From the NCBI GenBank assembly GCA_044233485.1, contig JBIIJY010000004.1, forward strand, positions 16,022 to 80,021: a DNA stretch of 64,000 nt, read 5' to 3'. Below are positions 8,901-18,346 of the stretch, one piece after another (the first letter of the stretch is position 1; every line of letters starts with the position of its first letter). The notes under the pieces are model-generated. The model was not told the DNA's origin, did not search any database, and saw only the letters and a program-made list of their open reading frames with translations. Source of the stretch: Minisyncoccia bacterium (GTDB lineage Bacteria; Patescibacteriota; Minisyncoccia; Phycocordibacterales; UBA6065). Both the position numbers and the translations under genes were made by a program.

Positions 8901-9533
8901 ATGGAAGATACAACAAAAACAACAGTAGCTACTCCAGTCGAAGCAACAGCACCGGTATCGGCAGACAAAACTGCTGCTCCAGCTGCTCAGGGCTTTGCTG
9001 GTCGTGGTCCACGAAAAGATTTTCGACGAGGTGGTCCAGGTGGTGGACGACGTCCGATGAATCGTGAGGCACGAATCAAGCCTGAGTACGATCAGAAGAT
9101 CCTCGAGATTCGACGCGTAACTCGTGTGACATCTGGTGGTCGAAAGCTTTCGTTCTCAGTCACTCTCGTAGCGGGAAACCGAAAGGGAATGGTGGGAATT
9201 GGTCTTGGAAAAGCTGTCGATACGACTCTCGCTATCGACAAGGCATATCGAAATGCTAAGAAGAACGCTGTTCGAGTTCAGATGACAAAGAATAACTCAA
9301 TTCCTCACGATGTGAGTGCAAAGTATTCTTCATCACGAGTAATCATTATGCCGGCTCCAGGACGTGGTCTCATCGCCGGAAGTTCTGTGCGAACTGTACT
9401 TGAGCTCGCGGGTGTAAAAGATGTTGGTGCAAAGCTCCTTTCTCCGACAAAGAATAAGCTCAATAACGCTCGAGTAGCGATCAAGGCTCTCTCACGTCTC
9501 TCACCAGTTCGAGAATTTAAGAAAACAGCATAA
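8901..9533 (+). CDS. rpsE: 30S ribosomal protein S5 (with ~50-aa Ala/Pro/Gly-rich N-terminal extension)
   Basis: RVTRVTSGGRKLSFSVTLVAGNRKG...MPAPGRGLIAG is the S5 core. Confidence 0.92.
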   Translation: MEDTTKTTVATPVEATAPVSADKTAAPAAQGFAGRGPRKDFRRGGPGGGRRPMNREARIKPEYDQKILEIRRVTRVTSGGRKLSFSVTLVAGNRKGMVGIGLGKAVDTTLAIDKAYRNAKKNAVRVQMTKNNSIPHDVSAKYSSSRVIIMPAPGRGLIAGSSVRTVLELAGVKDVGAKLLSPTKNKLNNARVAIKALSRLSPVREFKKTA

Positions 9534-9543
9534 TACTACTTTC

Positions 9544-9981
9544 ATGCAAATCAACGAACTAAAACCAGTAACACCTCGAAAGAAGACAGTCCTTGTCGGA
9601 CGAGGAGGAAAGCGTGGAAAGACAAGTGGACGTGGTACGAAAGGCCAGAAGGCTCGTGCTGGACACAAGATCCGCCCAGAGATTCGAGACCAGATTCGAC
9701 GAGTTCCAAAGCTCCGAGGTCGAGGTATCAACAGTAACTTGCCAGTATTCGACAAGCCAGTAGCAGTTACTCTCACAACACTCAGTGCAGTGTTCAAGGA
9801 CGGTGATGTGGTATCTCCACAGTCACTCGTTGCGCAGAGTGTTATCACTAACAAGGGTGATAAATTCCCAAAGGTGAAAATCATCGGTGGGGAACTCGAT
9901 AAGAAGCTTGTTTTTGAAGGAGTTGCTTTCACTGCTGGTGCACGGGAAACCGTCACTAAGGTAGGAGGAACTATCAAATAA
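9544..9981 (+). CDS. rplO: 50S ribosomal protein L15
   Basis: GRGGKRGKTSGRGTKGQKARAG matches the L15 N-terminal region. It directly follows S5, with no L30 gene between them. Confidence 0.92.
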   Translation: MQINELKPVTPRKKTVLVGRGGKRGKTSGRGTKGQKARAGHKIRPEIRDQIRRVPKLRGRGINSNLPVFDKPVAVTLTTLSAVFKDGDVVSPQSLVAQSVITNKGDKFPKVKIIGGELDKKLVFEGVAFTAGARETVTKVGGTIK

Positions 9982-10004
9982 GCCCCGTTTCTACATAAAA
10001 ACAA

Positions 10005-10033
10005 TAAAAACACCCCTGGAGGGGTGTTTTTAT
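10005..10033 (+). terminator. Rho-independent terminator after rplO
   Basis: An acacccc-tgga-ggggtgt hairpin followed by TTTTTATT. Confidence 0.65.
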
Positions 10034-10117
10034 TGTGCAATGGCTTACGTGATGAAGGAACTCATTTGGCATTGAAAATACTTGTTTTTTGAAGTATTCT
10101 GTATAGCACATACTTTT

Positions 10118-11404
10118 ATGACAAATTTATCCAAAAAACTTCAGATGGTCTTCACGAGTCCGGCAATTCTCAAGAAGATTTTGTTTATTCTTCTCGGTCT
10201 TGTGGCTTTCCGAGCCCTCGCCACAATTCCAATCCCTGGTGTGAATGCGCTCGCCCTTGAGTCGTTCTTGGCTCAGAGTGGAAACGAATTCTTCGGACTC
10301 TTGAATATTTTCTCGGGTGGTGGTCTCTCAAATCTCTCGATTGTAATGCTTGGTGTCGGTCCCTACATCACTGCTTCAATTATCATGCAGCTATTGACGA
10401 TGATTTTCCCAAAGTTGAAAGCGACATATCAGGAAGAAGGTGAGGCCGGTCGACTTCGATTTTCACAGTGGACTCGATTCATCTCAGTGCCGCTTGCTAT
10501 CATTCAGGCCTATGGCTTTTTGGCACTTTTGCGAACACAGGGTGGAGGGCAGATTTTGGGTGATCTCACCATGTATCAGACATTGCTCAACGTGCTCATT
10601 ATTACTGCTGGTTCAGTTGCTCTCATGTGGATCGGTGAGGTTATCTCAGAGTTTGGTCTCGGTAACGGAACGTCATTCATTATCTTTGCTGGTATCGTCT
10701 CAGCTCTTCCGACGACAGTAAATACATTGCTCTTGAACTATGATCCGAGTCAGATTCCACTCTTCTTGATCTTCGGTGCGGTAGCTCTCATTGCTACGTT
10801 TGGGGTGGTCATGGTCAATGAAGCAGAGCGACCGATTCAGGTTACGTATTCAAAACAGATGCGTGGTGGGAAAGTGTTTGGTGGCGTCTCTTCATACCTT
10901 CCACTCCGTCTTAATCAGGCAGGTGTGATTCCAATCATTTTCGCCCTCTCGCTCTTGCTCTTCCCGCAACTATTCCTTTCACTTGTCGCAACCACGACTC
11001 ATCCAGGACTTCTAGCGGTTTCAAACTTCATTAAGACTGCTCTTAACCCGCAAGGATATATTTACGCCGCTCTCTACTTCGTTCTCGTATTTCTCTTTAC
11101 CTATTTCTACACAGCGGTAACGTTTGATCCGAAAGCAATCGCGGAGAATCTTCAGAAAAATGGAGCATTCATCCCAGGAGTGCGACCAGGAACTTCGACA
11201 GAAGAGTATCTCGGCGGAGTAGTGACACGAATCACTCTCGTTGGCGCGCTCTTCCTTGGTCTCATCGCTGTCCTACCACTCTTGATCCGAGATTCACAGT
11301 CGTTTAGTGTGGTGATCGGTGGTACAAGTCTCTTGATCGTCGTGTCAGTAGTGCTTGATATCTTGAAAAAGCTCGACGCACAGCTCTCGATGATGGAATA
11401 CTAG
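10118..11404 (+). CDS. secY: Preprotein translocase subunit SecY
   Basis: It has the ten-TM topology and SecY motifs (GVNALALESFL, GISPYITASIIMQLL-like, RPGTSTEEYL). The ATG at 10118 is preferred over the TTG at 10082. Confidence 0.93.
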   Translation: MTNLSKKLQMVFTSPAILKKILFILLGLVAFRALATIPIPGVNALALESFLAQSGNEFFGLLNIFSGGGLSNLSIVMLGVGPYITASIIMQLLTMIFPKLKATYQEEGEAGRLRFSQWTRFISVPLAIIQAYGFLALLRTQGGGQILGDLTMYQTLLNVLIITAGSVALMWIGEVISEFGLGNGTSFIIFAGIVSALPTTVNTLLLNYDPSQIPLFLIFGAVALIATFGVVMVNEAERPIQVTYSKQMRGGKVFGGVSSYLPLRLNQAGVIPIIFALSLLLFPQLFLSLVATTTHPGLLAVSNFIKTALNPQGYIYAALYFVLVFLFTYFYTAVTFDPKAIAENLQKNGAFIPGVRPGTSTEEYLGGVVTRITLVGALFLGLIAVLPLLIRDSQSFSVVIGGTSLLIVVSVVLDILKKLDAQLSMMEY

Positions 11405-11430
11405 TCTCTCGTATTGGTTTGTTTTAAGTA

Positions 11431-11463
11431 GAAAGCGCGGCGCCCAAAGGGCGCCGCGCTTTC
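11431..11463 (+). terminator. GC-rich palindromic hairpin/terminator after secY (copy 1 of a repeated element)
   Basis: gaaagcgcggcgccc-aaa-gggcgccgcgctttc. A near-identical copy lies at 30508-30536. Confidence 0.6.
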
Positions 11464-11501
11464 TATACGGAGCAACTCAAACACGCTATACTATTTTTTA
11501 A

Positions 11502-12083
11502 ATGGAAAAGAAAGCATATATATTCATCGGACGATCTGGTTGCGGTAAGGGTACACAGGTTGATTTACTCGAGAAGCAGAGTAAAGAGTCAGGGGTGTCG
11601 AGTTTGAGACTAGAAACAGGAAAGTACTTTCGAGACTTCATTACTCGCTCAAACATCACTCACACGCTCTCAAAGACCATCTATGAAGCTGGTGGACTTC
11701 AGCCAGAGTTTCTGACTGTGCATATTTGGAGTACTGAGTTTGTCGAGAACTATCACGGCCAAGACGTATTGTTCATCGACGGAACACCACGAAAGTTGCA
11801 TGAGGCACAGGTGCTAAACACCGCTCTTGATTTTTATGGATTCACCAAACGAATCGTAGTGCATTTGGACGTCTCGCGGGAATGGTCAAAAAAGCGATTG
11901 CTTGCTCGAGGACGCCGAGATGACAATGCTGACGATATTGAACGACGCCTGAACTGGTTTGAGACAGACGTACAACCAGCTATTGAGTATTACAAAAATA
12001 ATCCAACCTACACCTATCTCCAGATCAACGGTGAGCGTTCAATCGAGGAGATTCATGCCGACCTTGTCGCTAATCTCTCGTAA
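11502..12083 (+). CDS. adk: Adenylate kinase (short form, no zinc-finger LID domain)
   Basis: It has the P-loop GRSGCGKGTQ, the DGTPR motif and RGRRDDNADDIERRL. It is in the conserved secY-adk-map position. A TATACT -10 lies about 12 nt upstream of the ATG, so the transcript may be near-leaderless. Confidence 0.8.
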   Translation: MEKKAYIFIGRSGCGKGTQVDLLEKQSKESGVSSLRLETGKYFRDFITRSNITHTLSKTIYEAGGLQPEFLTVHIWSTEFVENYHGQDVLFIDGTPRKLHEAQVLNTALDFYGFTKRIVVHLDVSREWSKKRLLARGRRDDNADDIERRLNWFETDVQPAIEYYKNNPTYTYLQINGERSIEEIHADLVANLS

Positions 12084-12086
12084 GTC

Positions 12087-12863
12087 ATGTCGATTACCTA
12101 TAAAACACCAGAAGAATTAGAAATCCTACAGGAGGGTGGTAAGCGGCATGCGCGAATCCTACAAGCACTCACGAAGCTTGTCACCCCAGGTGTCTCGACA
12201 CTACATCTCGACGAAGTCGCTCGTGGTCTTATTCTTGAAGCAGAGGGTGAATCTGCTTTTTTGGGATATAAGCCCTATGGTGCGGATCGTCCATTTCCTG
12301 CAGTGATCTGTGTCTCGATCAACGATGCAATTGTTCACGGGATTCCGAATGAAAATCCTGTCATCATTCAAAATGGTGACATTGTCTCAATCGACCTAGG
12401 GTTTGTGTACTGTGGATTAATTACCGATAGCGCTCGGACAGTGATTGCTGGTACAGGGGACAAGGAAGCCTATCGAATGCTTGAGGTGGCTCGACAAGCC
12501 CTCTCCGCGGGGCTTGAAGCAGTGTCGTGTGGTGGTCGTGTCGGTGATATCGGGCAGGCGATCGAGTCTGTAGTCGGTAAAGCACGTTTTGGTACGGTAC
12601 GTGAACTCGCTGGGCACGGAGTGGGCTACTCGGTGCACGAGGCTCCGTATGTTCCCAATTATGGCAAAAAGGGTACTGGCGAGAAGATTAAAGAAGGAAT
12701 GGTGTTTGCAATTGAGCCGATGATTACCGAAGGCAGTGAAGAGATCGTTCTCGATGCAGACGGCTATACCTATCGCACGGCGGATGGTGGGCGCGCGGTT
12801 CATGAAGAAGACACGGTCGCGATTTCGCATGACGGGGAAGTGCTTATCTTGACCCGCCTCTAA
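12087..12863 (+). CDS. map: Methionine aminopeptidase, type I
   Basis: The metal-binding residues are present in DAIVHGIP...SIDLG...HGVGYSVHE..FAIEPM. Confidence 0.92.
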   Translation: MSITYKTPEELEILQEGGKRHARILQALTKLVTPGVSTLHLDEVARGLILEAEGESAFLGYKPYGADRPFPAVICVSINDAIVHGIPNENPVIIQNGDIVSIDLGFVYCGLITDSARTVIAGTGDKEAYRMLEVARQALSAGLEAVSCGGRVGDIGQAIESVVGKARFGTVRELAGHGVGYSVHEAPYVPNYGKKGTGEKIKEGMVFAIEPMITEGSEEIVLDADGYTYRTADGGRAVHEEDTVAISHDGEVLILTRL

Positions 12864-12917
12864 ACTTATTCCCAGACGGGGTTTTGCGTAGCTTCGACGG
12901 GATATACTGAGAAGTAT

Positions 12918-15275
12918 ATGAGTGAACAACCACCTAGAAGCTATAGTGACGTCTACTTAGAAGTAAAAGAGCTTGTAAAGGGCTTTCCATTTGAGACTCC
13001 CAACGGTCTGTTAGCGTCTCCCGATGGAATCCCTGAGCGAGCTCAAGAAATTTTGAAAAAGATCGAAGAATTGGATCCATCGAATTCAATTAGTGAGCTA
13101 AATGCTTTGAGGGGGTGTTTGATAAAGGCTCATACTAACGGCAAGTTGGACTCTTTGAGAGATCTTGATACTCTTTTACCGCCACTTCCCGAACCTGGAA
13201 CTTCATCTGAAGTGGTAAGTGAAGTTGCTCAGGCTACCACAGGGTCAGAACAGCCAACGCCCGCTTCAGGTTCTACGTCAGAAGTTCCAGCGACTGAATC
13301 CGTTTCACCAGTACCTACTCCTGAAGCCCCTCCGGTGGTAGAGCCTCAGAATCCCACATCAGCTCCCGTCTCTCCTCCTGCGCCAGAGGCCTCAGCGCCA
13401 ACTTCTCCTGAAAAGAGTCCGGAGATAGATGAACTTAAAAGACAGATCAGTGAGCTTAAAGACGAGAACGGCAAAATTAAAGACGCGTTTAATAGGTTGA
13501 TCAAAGCGAATATTGATAATCGAGATCAAATCCTCGAGGAGTTGAGGAAAGTGCGAGAAGATGTGAAGGGAAGTGGTAGTAAAACTCCTACCACTCCAGC
13601 TCAGTCAAATGTAGCTCCAGAGGCTCGAAAGACTCCAGCAGAGTCAGCTCCTGCGGCGGAAACTAAAGAAGCGCCTAAGGCTGCACCAGAAAATGCTTCG
13701 CCAAAAGCAGAGTCAGTTAAAGAAAAACCAGATCCAAAAAAGATTTTTACGGAAAAGAATAAAGTATTAGACAATCATCAATTTGATGTCATCGTCGATA
13801 GTCTTGCTTCGGCAACTGAAAAAGGTAATGGCGAGGTTATCGCTGGACTTCGCGCTGAACTCGACGCAATTGCCGATGAGCCTGAATTCCGAGAGTGGAG
13901 ACATGCGTATGGGCACGAGTACAACCTGTCTCAACCCCCTACAGTTGAGGAGGCGAACGTCTTTGCTCGGCAGTACAAAACATATAAAGCACATCGCGAG
14001 ATTTTCTTTAAAAGTGAGGGTATCAAGAGCGAACTCGTAACTTTTGTGAACATGTCGCTTATGGATGCGTACAAGTCATATATCCCGCTCACTAAGGAGG
14101 ACGCCCAAGTGCTCGAGGGAAAGCTTGATGATTTGGTGAATCCACAGGAGCTCGATTTGAGTGGTGAGGATGGTCTGAATGAGTTCCGGCAGAAAATTGA
14201 GCAGGTGAATCGCATCGACGCGAGTATGCAAAATATCCGTATGAAGCTCATTCCTGAATTCGACAAAGCACATCGTCGTTTATTTGCTGAAGCGCGATCT
14301 CTCGGACTTGAAAAAGAGCTCAATGCCCAAGCTGGTTTTGAAGGTGTTCGCCCAGGCAGTGCAGAACGTATGATCGAGGTCCTCGATACTATGCTTGCCG
14401 ACGCGGATAGTCTTGAAGCTGAGCTCAGTGAGCATAAAACTAAAGGCATGAAAGGCACACGACAAGAAGCAATCGCTGGGTTCTTTGCAAAATACGATGG
14501 TCTCATGAATGCCTTTGGTTTTTCTGGGCCAGACTTTTTCCAAGCGATGAAATTTTACTTTCCATGGCGCAATATCAGTGTTAATGCGTTTAAAGAAAAA
14601 ATACAGGAGATTCGAAGCGTTGTTGACTCAAAAAAGAAGACCTATCGTGAAGCTGCGGACAGTTTAAAGAATGAACGGCAGCAAATAATCGAAACGCTCG
14701 GTGCCCAGGAGTTTATCGCTCGAGTGGCTCAGGAGAAGGTGATCAAAAAACTCACCAAGGCTCGTAATGCAATGTTTAGCGGCCTAGAACGTGGCGGTCT
14801 AAAACTCGAAGCCGATTCTGCACTAGCTCAAGCGGAGCTTGCACGGACATTTGAGGAGCTCGGTGATGATCCAAGTGATGTGAGTGGCTTGGGTGAGATT
14901 CTTAAGAATGCACCGGTAAGAGATGTTGACGGCAATATGACCACAGCTCGTGAAGCACGTATCAATCAGGGTACTAAAGCAATTGGCCAAATGATCGGTA
15001 CGTATCTTAGTGAAATGAGTACTACTCGAAACAAAGAATTTCAAGGCTTCATGTCACTTATTGATGGGCAGTTGAAGCGAGATAAATTCGGTGAAGAAAA
15101 AGGTGATAAGCAAAAGACAATCATCAGTGCTCTTCGGGATATCCAGTTGAAACTAGCTGCCGATAAAGCAGATGATCGTGTAGCGCGGCGCAAGCGTGAG
15201 TATGTGAAGCGAGCAATCGACACACTTGAGGCACGTATCGATCCGGCTAAAGTTAAGGGTGCTCGAACTAAATAA
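12918..15275 (+). CDS. Hypothetical 785-aa protein. It has two Pro/Glu/Thr/Ala-rich low-complexity linkers (about aa 85-175 and 215-270) flanking a predicted coiled coil, then a ~500-aa alpha-helical domain.
   Basis: It is a long ORF with coding-like codon usage. No family was recognised. Neither a signal peptide nor a TM segment is apparent. It is co-directional and tightly spaced with the next two genes. Confidence 0.6.
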   Translation: MSEQPPRSYSDVYLEVKELVKGFPFETPNGLLASPDGIPERAQEILKKIEELDPSNSISELNALRGCLIKAHTNGKLDSLRDLDTLLPPLPEPGTSSEVVSEVAQATTGSEQPTPASGSTSEVPATESVSPVPTPEAPPVVEPQNPTSAPVSPPAPEASAPTSPEKSPEIDELKRQISELKDENGKIKDAFNRLIKANIDNRDQILEELRKVREDVKGSGSKTPTTPAQSNVAPEARKTPAESAPAAETKEAPKAAPENASPKAESVKEKPDPKKIFTEKNKVLDNHQFDVIVDSLASATEKGNGEVIAGLRAELDAIADEPEFREWRHAYGHEYNLSQPPTVEEANVFARQYKTYKAHREIFFKSEGIKSELVTFVNMSLMDAYKSYIPLTKEDAQVLEGKLDDLVNPQELDLSGEDGLNEFRQKIEQVNRIDASMQNIRMKLIPEFDKAHRRLFAEARSLGLEKELNAQAGFEGVRPGSAERMIEVLDTMLADADSLEAELSEHKTKGMKGTRQEAIAGFFAKYDGLMNAFGFSGPDFFQAMKFYFPWRNISVNAFKEKIQEIRSVVDSKKKTYREAADSLKNERQQIIETLGAQEFIARVAQEKVIKKLTKARNAMFSGLERGGLKLEADSALAQAELARTFEELGDDPSDVSGLGEILKNAPVRDVDGNMTTAREARINQGTKAIGQMIGTYLSEMSTTRNKEFQGFMSLIDGQLKRDKFGEEKGDKQKTIISALRDIQLKLAADKADDRVARRKREYVKRAIDTLEARIDPAKVKGARTK

Positions 15276-15284
15276 CATACATAT

Positions 15285-15584
15285 ATGAACAAAGACTATA
15301 CAGATGTACTTGCGCTCGTCGACGATGTGCTCACGCACGGGAAGCCAAAAGAGATTGAGCATATCATTGAGGCATTCCTGGATCAGCCCGGACTCTATAA
15401 ACCATCAACGATAACCCCTCTCGATATTGTTGAGGTCAAATTGAAAATTTCTGAGCTTCTCCTGACCCTTGCAACTGATCGGCTGAACGCGGTCGCCGAT
15501 GCTCTCACTGCTCTTCGAGAAGAGGAAGCGGATCTAGATACTCGGGCAAAGATAGAAGAACTTAAAAAGCTCTTGAAGAAATAA
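15285..15584 (+). CDS. Hypothetical small acidic helical protein (99 aa)
   Basis: The ORF starts 10 nt after the upstream stop, and the ATPase gene starts 32 nt later. No family was recognised. Confidence 0.5.
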   Translation: MNKDYTDVLALVDDVLTHGKPKEIEHIIEAFLDQPGLYKPSTITPLDIVEVKLKISELLLTLATDRLNAVADALTALREEEADLDTRAKIEELKKLLKK

Positions 15585-15616
15585 GTCGACAGTTTCGCGT
15601 GATACACTACTAGTAT

Positions 15617-18346
15617 ATGAACGAAGGAGGACTTTCGCTTGAAAAAAAGTTCAAGAACCCTGAAGAGGAAATTGCTTTTTTGCGTGAACAAGTGGCCCTT
15701 CGCGAGCGGGAACTTAAAGTCTCGACCGAGACTGCTCGGAGTGAAGTCGTACGTGATGTAGTGAATTCATACGCGGCTGTTCCGAAACCTCAAGTAATTC
15801 ACGAGGAGTACACTTCAACTCCGGAACATAAAGAGTCGATCCGGCTCAAGCTCTCTCCAGAGGCTCACGATAGTGAGCTCGGGCAATATATCTTTCTCTT
15901 GCAAGAGAAGGGGGTCAAGGTGGCGATCGATGCAGTGGCTCGAGTCAAAGACATACATCTTTATGATGATTTCCATCGCTTTCTAGTTGAGTATTTGAAA
16001 GAAGGACTTAACTTAAGTGGTCTCAAAGAAAAGACGCCACTGTGGCGAGAATTGCACATGACTCTCTATGAAGTAGTCCTTCCGGAGCCTGAGACAGGGA
16101 AAGAGCGCTCGCTTGGAGAAGTACTTTCTTCGATGGAGCAATTTTATGCGGGTATGAACTCTGTCGGAGACGCAGAGGATAATAATTACTATACTTTTGA
16201 GCTTGCGGTCTCAAATCATAGTGACGAGTTCATCTTTTACTTTGGTATACCCGATGAGAAGACAGTTTTGTTTGAAAAGCAGATTCTGGCCATCTTCCCA
16301 AACGCTAAAGTCGTTACGAAGTCAGATGATTACAATATTTTTAATGAGACAGGTGTGGCGACTACTGCGACGATCGCCCTCGCGCACAATCATGCGTTGC
16401 CAATCAAGTCATACGAACAATTTAACTATGATCCGCTCAATGTTCTAACAAACGCCTTTTCAAAAATAAAACGGAGTGGTGAAGGGGCGGCGATACAATT
16501 TCTCATTCGTCCAGCTCGTCGTGACTACATTAAGACCTATAAAGAATATATTACAAAGCTCGAGGGCGGGGCTTCACTACGAGAGCTAGGGGGGAGTGAA
16601 TCGCTCGGCACCGTCTTTACCTCTGTATTGAAAGAGTTTTGGACTGGTTCGAAATCAAAAGAAACAAAGACAGACGAAGCAAAGAAAAAAGTAGATACAC
16701 AGGCGATCGACTCGATTCGTAAAAAGATGGAGTCGCCACTCCTTGAGGTAAATGCCCGCATCGTAGTATCAAGTGAAAGTGTCGAGCTCTCAAACGCAAT
16801 TCTCGATGATATTGAGAGTTCGTTTAATCAGTTTGAGCTCACCCACGGGAACAAGGTTGTCTTTAAGCGTCCTCAGAAAAGTCGACTCGAATCTTCTCTT
16901 GAGGATTTCGTCTATCGTCGGTTTGTGCCAGATGAGCGCCTCGTCCTTTCGCAAAAAGAACTTGCCACCCTCATTCATGTCCCAGCCACCGGAAAGCTCG
17001 CTTCTTCACAGGTAAAGCTGGTTCGTTCGAGTGGTGCCCCAGCGCCCCTGGACTTACCACAAGAGGGGACTTTGCTTGGTACAAATACCTATCAAGGTAT
17101 TGAGACAAATGTTTACCTAACCAAAGAAGATCGAGTTCGACATTTCTACTGTATTGGTCAGACAGGAACAGGTAAAACAACCCTGCTCAAGAATATGATC
17201 GTTCAGGATATTCGAGCTGGGCATGGAGTCTGTTATATCGACCCACATGGTACGGATATTCAAGATATTCTCGCGAGTATTCCACCCGAGCGAGCTGATG
17301 ATGTGATCTATTTTGACCCGGCTTACACCGAGCGCCCGATGGCGCTTAATATGCTTGAGTACGATGTGCGCTACCCAGAGCAGAAAACATTCGTCGTCAA
17401 TGAACTCCTGGGGATTTTCAATAAACTCTTCGACATGAAGACGGCAGGTGGGCCGATGTTTGAGCAGTATTTTCGAAATGCCGTCATGCTCGTCATTGAG
17501 CACCCAGAGTCGGGTTCGACGCTACTCGATGTCTCTCGAGTGTTGGCGAGTAAAGAATTCCGTAAACTCAAGCTGGATAATTGTAAAAATCCAATTGTGA
17601 CTCAGTTTTGGAGAGAAGTAGCTGAAAAAGCTGGTGGAGAAGCGAGTCTGCAGAATATTGTTCCCTACATCACTTCAAAATTTGATAACTTCCTGTCGAA
17701 CGAAATCATGCGTCCGATCATTGCTCAGGAAAAATCAGCCTTTAATTTCCGTGAGGTAATGGATGGTAAAAAAATCCTTCTCGTAAATCTTTCAAAAGGT
17801 CGACTAGGGGATCTAAACGCCAATCTCATTGGCCTTATCGTTGTTGGTAAGATTTTGATGTCCGCTCTCTCTCGTGTCGACGCCTACGGAACTGAACTCC
17901 ATGATTTTTATCTGTATATTGATGAGTTTCAAAATGTGACCACGGACTCAATCGCGGCAATTTTGTCTGAGGCGCGTAAGTATCGACTCTCGCTCAATAT
18001 CGCTCACCAGTACATTGCTCAACTTCAGGACACGATACGCGATGCTGTTTTTGGAAACGTCGGTTCGCTTGCTGCCTTTCGTATTGGTGCCGATGATGCA
18101 GAATATCTTGCAAAGCAATTCGAGCCAGTCTTTTCAGCAAAAGATTTGATCAATATTGATAATCGTAATGCGTACATCAAGATTCTCGCTCACGGTAAAC
18201 CGATCAAGCCTTTTAATATCGAGACCAAGGCGCCATCGAAGGGGCAGCAAGAGAATATCGCTACCCTAAAAGAGCTTTCGTACCTCAAGTATGGAGCAGA
18301 CCGAGCACAACTAGAAGCTCAAATACGCGCCCGCTATGAAAAATAA
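15617..18346 (+). CDS. FtsK/HerA/VirB4/VirD4-superfamily P-loop ATPase (909 aa). An N-terminal ~450-aa domain of unknown type precedes a C-terminal AAA_10/TraG-like ATPase domain.
   Basis: It has Walker A GQTGTGKTT, then an IDPHG motif about 20 aa later, then Walker B YLYIDEFQNV, then RKYRLSLNIAHQYIAQL. This motif set is shared by HerA, VirB4/TrbE and TrwB/VirD4-type coupling ATPases. No TM helix is obvious. Confidence 0.7.
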   Translation: MNEGGLSLEKKFKNPEEEIAFLREQVALRERELKVSTETARSEVVRDVVNSYAAVPKPQVIHEEYTSTPEHKESIRLKLSPEAHDSELGQYIFLLQEKGVKVAIDAVARVKDIHLYDDFHRFLVEYLKEGLNLSGLKEKTPLWRELHMTLYEVVLPEPETGKERSLGEVLSSMEQFYAGMNSVGDAEDNNYYTFELAVSNHSDEFIFYFGIPDEKTVLFEKQILAIFPNAKVVTKSDDYNIFNETGVATTATIALAHNHALPIKSYEQFNYDPLNVLTNAFSKIKRSGEGAAIQFLIRPARRDYIKTYKEYITKLEGGASLRELGGSESLGTVFTSVLKEFWTGSKSKETKTDEAKKKVDTQAIDSIRKKMESPLLEVNARIVVSSESVELSNAILDDIESSFNQFELTHGNKVVFKRPQKSRLESSLEDFVYRRFVPDERLVLSQKELATLIHVPATGKLASSQVKLVRSSGAPAPLDLPQEGTLLGTNTYQGIETNVYLTKEDRVRHFYCIGQTGTGKTTLLKNMIVQDIRAGHGVCYIDPHGTDIQDILASIPPERADDVIYFDPAYTERPMALNMLEYDVRYPEQKTFVVNELLGIFNKLFDMKTAGGPMFEQYFRNAVMLVIEHPESGSTLLDVSRVLASKEFRKLKLDNCKNPIVTQFWREVAEKAGGEASLQNIVPYITSKFDNFLSNEIMRPIIAQEKSAFNFREVMDGKKILLVNLSKGRLGDLNANLIGLIVVGKILMSALSRVDAYGTELHDFYLYIDEFQNVTTDSIAAILSEARKYRLSLNIAHQYIAQLQDTIRDAVFGNVGSLAAFRIGADDAEYLAKQFEPVFSAKDLINIDNRNAYIKILAHGKPIKPFNIETKAPSKGQQENIATLKELSYLKYGADRAQLEAQIRARYEK

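Noticed and set aside
9501-10040. 179-aa minus-strand ORF antisense to rplO
   Set aside because: It is antisense to a confidently identified L15 gene and to the downstream terminator. The Pro/Arg/Ser-rich composition is typical of shadow ORFs.
11484-11504. Possible leaderless adk transcript (TATACT about 12 nt upstream of the ATG)
   Set aside because: The -35 element is weak, and the secY terminator upstream has no strong U-tract, so read-through from secY is equally plausible. Not reported as a feature.
12417-12929. 170-aa minus-strand ORF antisense to map
   Set aside because: It completely overlaps the methionine aminopeptidase gene on the opposite strand and has no recognisable features.
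13931-14506. 191-aa minus-strand ORF, and other short ORFs, inside the 785-aa gene
   Set aside because: They are antisense to a long ORF with coding-like periodicity, and are Ser/Arg-rich shadow frames.
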